Source of the DNA: Cyanophora paradoxa CCMP329
Taxonomy: Eukaryota; Plantae; Glaucophyta
Direction: 5' to 3'
DNA: 64,000 bases
NCBI GenBank assembly: GCA_004431415.1
Contig: QPMI01000003.1
Location: 1 to 64,000, forward strand
Position 1 is the first letter of the stretch, and every line of letters starts with the position of its first letter. The position numbers and the translations under genes are program-made. Positions 57,601-64,000 of this stretch are shown in pieces. The notes under the pieces were generated by a model. The model worked only from the letters and a program-made list of their open reading frames with translations, was not told the origin of the DNA and ran no database searches.

Positions 57601-60600
57601 GGGCCCTCCAGGTCTAGATCTTTCGCTAGCTCGAGCTCTGCCGACCTCAGCCGAACTACAGAGCCGTCGACCAAAGGAAGTGCAAGGGCCTCGTGCAGCT
57701 CCTCGATGCAGGACTGGTCGACGCCACTGATACAGTACGAGAGGAGTGCGCGATGATCGTCGCCACCAGGGACGAGGGGGGAAGTTGTCTGCTTCAGCAC
57801 TTGGCGAACCAGACACGGACTGACGAGCCGAAGAGATGCGGACAGTGGCGTGTTCGATGTAATATTAATCAGGAAGTCAGTAATGCGTGGAGGGACAAGA
57901 GCCACCGCGACTCCCGACTGCTCATGTGACAGAGCCCGCACAATTGTGTTCGCCGAGTCTGGCAGACGATGGGCCTTCGCGAGCTGTGGCTGAAGTAGGT
58001 GAAGGTATGGCGGCCACCCTTGCAACACTTCATCCGACAAGGCGAGTTCGCCATGCGCGAAGACGACCGACGACACAGAATGTAGGGAGCCTTCCGGCGT
58101 CACAATGGCCTTATGTTCCAGCATCAACGATGCCGCACAGCTCTCGACAACAGGGAACCACATGCTATGCACGGAACGGAGGGGCCAGAGGCTCTCATAC
58201 GTCAGAGCCGGCGAGAGATCGCAGCGAAGGCACTTCTCGAGAAGCCGTGCGTAGAGGCGCCCTGAATCAGAGGCGTGGTTAGAATTCAACAAATCTCCAA
58301 AAGCGCAGTTGCGAGCTCTGCCTGCGCGAGCGCACCAAGGAGATCGTGCATGACAAACACGTTCCACTGGCCTTCCACTTTGTCGTCAGCATCCTTGCCA
58401 GAGACGAGCGCGTGCCGGTTGGACGACAGCGTGAAGACCGCGTTCAGGTGCACTGGGAAGCCGGTGGTAATGCCCGTGCCAAGACAAGAGAAGACCTGGC
58501 CCACAAAGTTCGCGTCGGGGACCTGCAGCACATGTGAGCGATTCGAATAAGAACCGTCCCATGTCCGCGGATGCTCGCACCGGGAAAACACGAGCGGCGA
58601 TGCTCGCAAACGGAACGTACTTTGGCTGGCGCACGGAGCCGGAGTTCATGCTGGACATCTTCTCTGCGTCCACGCGCTGCCAGAACCTCTTCGCCGCCGA
58701 GCCATCGAAGAGGGAGCACACGCGCCAGCGGCTCTCAACAACGCCAGCCTTGAGCTCGAGCAGCTGCGCGCCAAGCTCCGTGACTTCCACCTTGATAATG
58801 ACGAGCGCGCTGGCAGACATGACCGGGTTCTGCTGTCGCTGGCTTGGCGATGGGATGCGGAACGGGTCGCTCCCCGCAGGATCCTTCTCCACAATCTCGC
58901 GCGTAATGCGTGCCAGCAGCTGTTCCTTTCCACTGGCGGCAGATGCGGCTCGATGGCATATGTCGAAGGTGGTGACGTTCTGCAGGAAAAGAACATACTC
59001 ATCTGCATTGACGACAATGCTTCGAAGTAGACCAAATATTTGCTGCTCGCTGAAAGTCTTCTTTGAAATAACGCCGCCCGTGAATTGTACCTAAATATTA
59101 TATGCAGATAAGACGATTGTGAGTGAAAAGTAAAAGGCATTTTATATACATAATTATAAAGACGAGCGAATAATCCACACACCGATTCGTGTGTGCGCAG
59201 CGCGAGGCGGATGATTGCGCCAGGAAAGGGCGCCTCTGCATCGAGATCGAAAGCAAAGAGGCCATGGAAGGGTTTGAATTGGTCCCTGTACAGCCTGAAA
59301 GCTCGCGGAAGGCACAGGCGGGCCCCTGTGCGTTGGACTCCCTTGCCGTTCGCGAGTTTCCGCTCTGGTAGCTGGTGCTTTCGCGTCGCGTCAAGAACAG
59401 CGGCGCTCGAGCCGCTCAGTATCATCGGAGTATCGGTAAAGATGTGCACTGCAGACGCAAGGAAGATCAGCTGCTGAAATAACTGCATATGCATCGCAAT
59501 TTCGGGCGCACCGCTGCTGAACCCCTCTCCGAATCGGCCTATCTTCGTGTCATCATCTTGCTTCGCACCACGGCCGAGACGAACAAGCCCCGTCCAGCCC
59601 TTCTCAGCGATCACGCGATCCTGGTACCAGACAAGAGACTGCGGAAAATGTGGATTTCTTATCCGAATTCGGATCAATACTGAAGGCTAACAAGAACATC
59701 GCGCGCACCTCGCTCTGCTGCAAAGCCATCGGTTCCGACAGCAGAGTCTTAGTGCCGAAGCTGGCTTGGTCGTAGCAGAGGGCGACCTTCGTATCGCCAT
59801 CATCATCCGAGTTTTGTATCAACTCCCTCACTGCAACTGGCCCGTCTCTGCGCGCATGGTGGACGACGGACGATGTCGGTGATTGCGATTACGAATAAGC
59901 ATATATAGGAGGCTGCGCAGACCCATACGAGCCGACGATCCCTGCTATGCGATCTGTCAAGTCTTCCTGTAAATCGTATTCTTCAATCTCGCCGTCGTTC
60001 GGGTGCAAAGCAGTGTTCAGCACAGTTGCGCTCAGCATAGGGACCCCGCAGAAGGACGCAACGGATGGGGAGATGCTCTTGTGCAGGATGGCCGGGACAG
60101 GGACGGCTGCTGAAGTCGTTTCATCTGTGGAGTCGATTGCCTCTTGCTGATCAACAAGAAAATTTGGAGCGTCATTGAAGGCGCATTGAGATGGATCCGG
60201 AGGGACGAGGATGCCGCCCTCTGTTGGAACGAAGATGCTGGTCGGAGGTAACTCGAAGTTTTCGGCCTCGGCGGCGCCGAGGAACGCAACGACAGAGTTC
60301 AGCTGCTCTGTGCTGAGAGGCTGCCCGCCCGACTTCGCGTGAAGCTTGCCGAGGAACGACATGCGCACGTAGTCTCCGACACTCCATTTTTCCTTGATAC
60401 CAGCCAGCTGGACGAGGTGGCGATGGGCAGAAACGTTCGGCGGAAGGATAAGTAGCAACGGGCTGGCGTCGACGCCATGAATGCCAGACTTCGCGAAGTC
60501 AACAGAGTGATGGAAGGCGTCGCCTGTCCACACCCATGCCAAACCCTTGAGAGCAGCTCCGTTGAAGAGGTCGTTGTCCAGTGCTGAGTAAATGGGCGCC

Positions 60601-63600
60601 ACGACGTCGTCGACAGCAGCCTTAGCTAGAGAACCCGCCTCGAATGCTCGTTGCGCGGCCTGCAGCTGACCGAGAGCCACAGTGCTTCTCTGTCCCTTCC
60701 AACCGAGCGCCTCCAGCAGACGTTCTGAATGCACGCTCACGTCGACCATGACCCGCGTCGCACTGGCGATGTCCGCATCTCCCGCTGGCCAGGCGTCGAC
60801 GGGCGGTGCCATGCCGGACTCGCAAGGCTTCCACTCGAGCGACGTCGACACTAACGACGACGGCCTCGAAGCTGCAGGAAGCCACGGGACCCCACGAAGC
60901 TCGCCCAGGTCCCCGTCAATCAGCTCAATGTTCTCTTCGAGGTGCGAGATGAGTCTCCGCGAGAGCTCTGCGTCACTTTCTGCAGCTGCTCGACGAGCGA
61001 CGGCGATTGCGTCGGTGGCCGACAGCACGCGTCGGAGCCCGAACCAGTCCGAGAAGGACAGCACAGCCAGCACAGCCGCATCGTCGAAGGCGCCCGCCGG
61101 AAAGAGACCCATACCGTCGAGGAGATCATGGAGCTCACCGACTTGACGCTGGTAGAGGTCGCGTGCCCTGGCCATGCGTGGCGCTGCCTCATCTCCACAC
61201 AGAACAAATTGCAGATCCGACATCATGTTGACAATATCGTTGCGCTCCGCATCGTCGAGTGACGTGATGATCTTCAACACAGCGACCGTCGCCGCATGCA
61301 GCTGTCTGTCAGTAGTGACGCACGTGTACGCTCCTGCATGGAACTTTGGTGCGATATGCACTGACACGTACGCGGAGACGGACGTGCGCTCCAGAGCCAG
61401 GAAGCGAACAATCCTCTCCTGCTCGATCTCCGACTCGGAGATAAACATCTGAGGGTCGAATAAATCGTTCTTGAGCCTCTCCGGGGCCAGTAGAGCACAT
61501 TCAGACGCCGATATGAGGCCGTAGGCGTCGCCAGCGTGTGTCTCAAGTATTGCTAGCTGACGCAGAACCTTCGAAATGTACGTGTGGTCTGGGCCCTCGG
61601 CCGCGACGAGGAGATGCGACAAGTAATGACGCAGAGCGGTTCGAGAAGACCCCGGCAGCGAAGCAACACGGCCTGCGACGGTCTGCGTCTGATGGTCTGC
61701 GTGCACGGCAGCTTCCATAGCCCGGAGAACGACAGCAGCGGTTGCATCTGATGCATACGGAGCGACAAGAGGGGGTTTCTGAGGACCTTCTTCGCTCTCC
61801 ACAATAACAGCCACGCCAAGTGACGAGAGAACATCTGGCGCCTCCGCGACGCTCCGGAAGCTCGAGTCCGACTCGCGCAACACGAGCTCCCGGGGGAGAC
61901 TGCGAATGGAAGCAAACGAGCCATCGCGAAGCTGGATGAGGGGCCAGGCGTCCAATGCGAAGAGATCGACGCCAGGCTTGACGGAGATAAACTCCCACAG
62001 AAGCTCAAACCAAGCTTGCGATGGAAGGGTATGGCGGCTCTCTTTTGCGACCCTTTGAACGCCGGAGAAGCTGCTCATCGGTGACAGCAGCAGCAGGTCT
62101 TGAAGCCAGCGCGGTGACAGGGCACGGAGGCCTCGAGCTCCCGCGGCCGGCGATGTCAATGAATCTGAAGCCTGCCGGTGGAGCCAGAGACAGGCAGTTG
62201 CGGACAGAGCGTTGCTGATTAGGAGAGGCGAGATTGACGGAAAGAGTTCGAGCACTGAAACTTGCGATATCGACGCTAGAGGATCTGCGACATAGAGAAA
62301 AGTGCCAGACGCTACTTCGGAAGATAAGAACTTGAGTCCTCCATCCGCAGTCGGCCACCAAACGCAGTCCACCACGTCAGAAACAGACTGCGACTTAGCT
62401 GGGTGCGTGGACGTGGCCAGATATTCGATGAGATCAACTGCCGTAGTGACGTCGGGCTGCTGCAGCCGGTCACGATGCGATGAGAGGTGGGCGACGACAT
62501 CCTGTGCAGCGACGTGCCGGAGTTGGACGTTTGCGTGGAGGAGCCCGGTAAGAACGTGCTCGGGCAAATCGACAAGGGGCAGTCCCGAGGACGCCAAATA
62601 CTTCCACAGTGCGGTGCCAGGCTGGAGCAACTTCGTCTCGGACTGCTCCGGAAGCAAGACGTCCTTGGCGGCCCGCCAGGTGCCGGTGCCCCCGCTCTGC
62701 TCGACCCACAGTAGCGGCTGATCAGAGCCGACGAGATAGTAGAAGGTTCGGGCGAGAAGCGCAGCGTAGTCGCTGCCACCCTGTAAAATCATACACATGT
62801 TAATGTTCAATCAGGGTGCGTACGCGTGTCTCATGATCAGATATATAGAACGCTGAAAGATTAAACGAACCGTGTGAACGGGCCATGTCTTGTAAAATTC
62901 TGATGAACATACATTTACATAAGGTGCAGAAGAAGCATGAAGTTCCGATACCAAGCCAAGAGCGTCGACGTAAGCGGGAGCTACGACGTGCTTCAGCAGT
63001 TGCTGGTTCCAATGAAATGTTTTCTTGTCATCACCCTGCAGATCTAGAATGTCAACATTATAGAACCGTGAAGATCATTGATTAAAAACGAACCTCCAAA
63101 TCCGCTCCCCACTGCAGGGCCCGACGATTGGTTGAGACAGCAAAGAAGCCGTGGACGTGGGTGCTCGAGCCTGTCTGTAGGGCTCCGACGGGGAGGAAGC
63201 AGTAGAGCTGTCCAGCCGCGGATGATGACTCAGAACACGCGCAGAGGGCGTGGTCGTGGAGGGGATGCAGGGGAACGGCGACAGCGGCGAGGGGAACGAA
63301 GCGCGAGTCGCGGTCGCAGAAGTGGGACATGTCTGTGCCGCCGTAACGGTAAGAGACCGCAAAGCTCTCCTCCCCTGCGCTGCTGCCCGCTGCCGTGCTG
63401 CTGTTCCGGCGCTCCCAGGCTACGCGAAGCCGAAATGAGTGCTTACGAGCCTGGGCCTCGGTCCCACCCTCCGGCATGTTCGGCCAGAATCTGCGACGCC
63501 CTTCGGCACCCTCGACCACTCGAGCCCTGTACCGCAGCCGCGGGGCATCCTCCCCGTCTTCCCACACGTAGGTCTCGATCTGTACGTAAGTAAAGAAAAA

Positions 63601-64000
63601 ATAACCTTCAGCCCTCAACGAGCGGAAGATTTTAAGACGGATCTCGGTCTCGTGCCGCCGACGTATCCGGAGAGATCTATTAAAGACTGCGGGGGCGCAC
63701 CGTTTCGACGTGGGGCAGGAAGCAGAGCAGGCGGGCGGCTTCCGACTCGAACTCAGCGAGGAGCTTGAGGAGGTCCTCACCCGTGAAAGTCTGCTTGCTG
63801 ATGCGCGACCGCACGACTTCCACGCCGCCCTCCCGCTCGGAGGTGCGGGCCGAGATGCGGAAGAGCGCGCCAGAGAGGTTTGGGTCGCGCGGGTCGCAGA
63901 CGGTGCCGTCATCCAAGACGAGCCGGAAGGACGCGAGCTGATCGGCGTATTTGTCCACTGGTCGGACGCCCTTCTCATCTGCCTTCTGCGAGAAAGATGT
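48654..64000 (-). CDS. Giant sacsin-like protein: at least 3 sacsin repeat regions (Hsp90-like ATPase) plus a C-terminal BTB/POZ domain; 5' end beyond the right edge
   Basis: SRR motifs at ~63100-64000 (LYCFLP..HVHGFFAVSTNRR), ~58300-59990 (RELIQNSDD; KIGRFGEGF; FTDTPMILSG; TGFPVHLNAVFTLSSNR) and ~53500-55200 (KEQLTNSDD; YYLTDTPSFVSG; TGLPLHINAAFELASNRR). BTB: FADLAFDVDGE..VYAHRLVLA..FCALLYYM-YSG..LAHMYRIPHL..LQRYC. The junctions I checked splice in frame. Confidence 0.88.

Noticed and set aside
16572-64000. A proteostasis gene cluster (RING, BAG, STUbL, sacsin-BTB)
   Set aside because: These classes are abundant in eukaryotic genomes and are interspersed with unrelated housekeeping genes. 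Nothing indicates co-regulation.
1-64000. tRNA, rRNA, snRNA genes or autonomous transposons
   Set aside because: I recognised no cloverleaf, rRNA, transposase, RT or integrase motifs by eye. A tRNAscan/Infernal run is needed to exclude small RNAs.

Overview
This is intron-dense, very GC-rich eukaryotic nuclear DNA, not prokaryotic. The gene content and intron style suggest an alga or protist such as a glaucophyte, but that is an unverified inference. Most long ORFs in the track are shadow frames or intron read-through, so I spliced the genes by hand. In order the window holds: an ABCB/MDR transporter (runs off the left edge), a Ser/Thr kinase, a 2-TM large-loop membrane protein, COX11, a Raf-like TKL kinase, a multi-pass membrane protein with a DA2/GW2-type RING, NDP kinase, a SWEET sugar transporter, a Tim17-family/NDUFA11-like protein, a RUN-like protein, an SR/K-rich protein, a membrane-anchored BAG protein, a SIM+RING (RNF4-like) ligase plus a fucokinase-type GHMP kinase (both inside a ~5.7 kb tandem duplication), a decayed ABCG exon, an unknown protein, a PX-PX protein ending in Byr4/Bfa1-like repeats, and a >15 kb sacsin-like gene with at least three Hsp90-like repeats and a C-terminal BTB domain (runs off the right edge). 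The best leads are: (1) the PX-PX-Byr4/Bfa1 fusion; (2) an intron grammar with about 30% GC donors, no polypyrimidine tract and often self-complementary ends; (3) the giant sacsin-BTB protein with a degenerate third ATPase; (4) a DEG/ENaC/PAC-topology 2-TM protein; (5) intergenic DNA built from chained palindromes. I found no rRNA, tRNA, CRISPR array or intact transposon. Gene coordinates are spans that include introns, and the starts are approximate.
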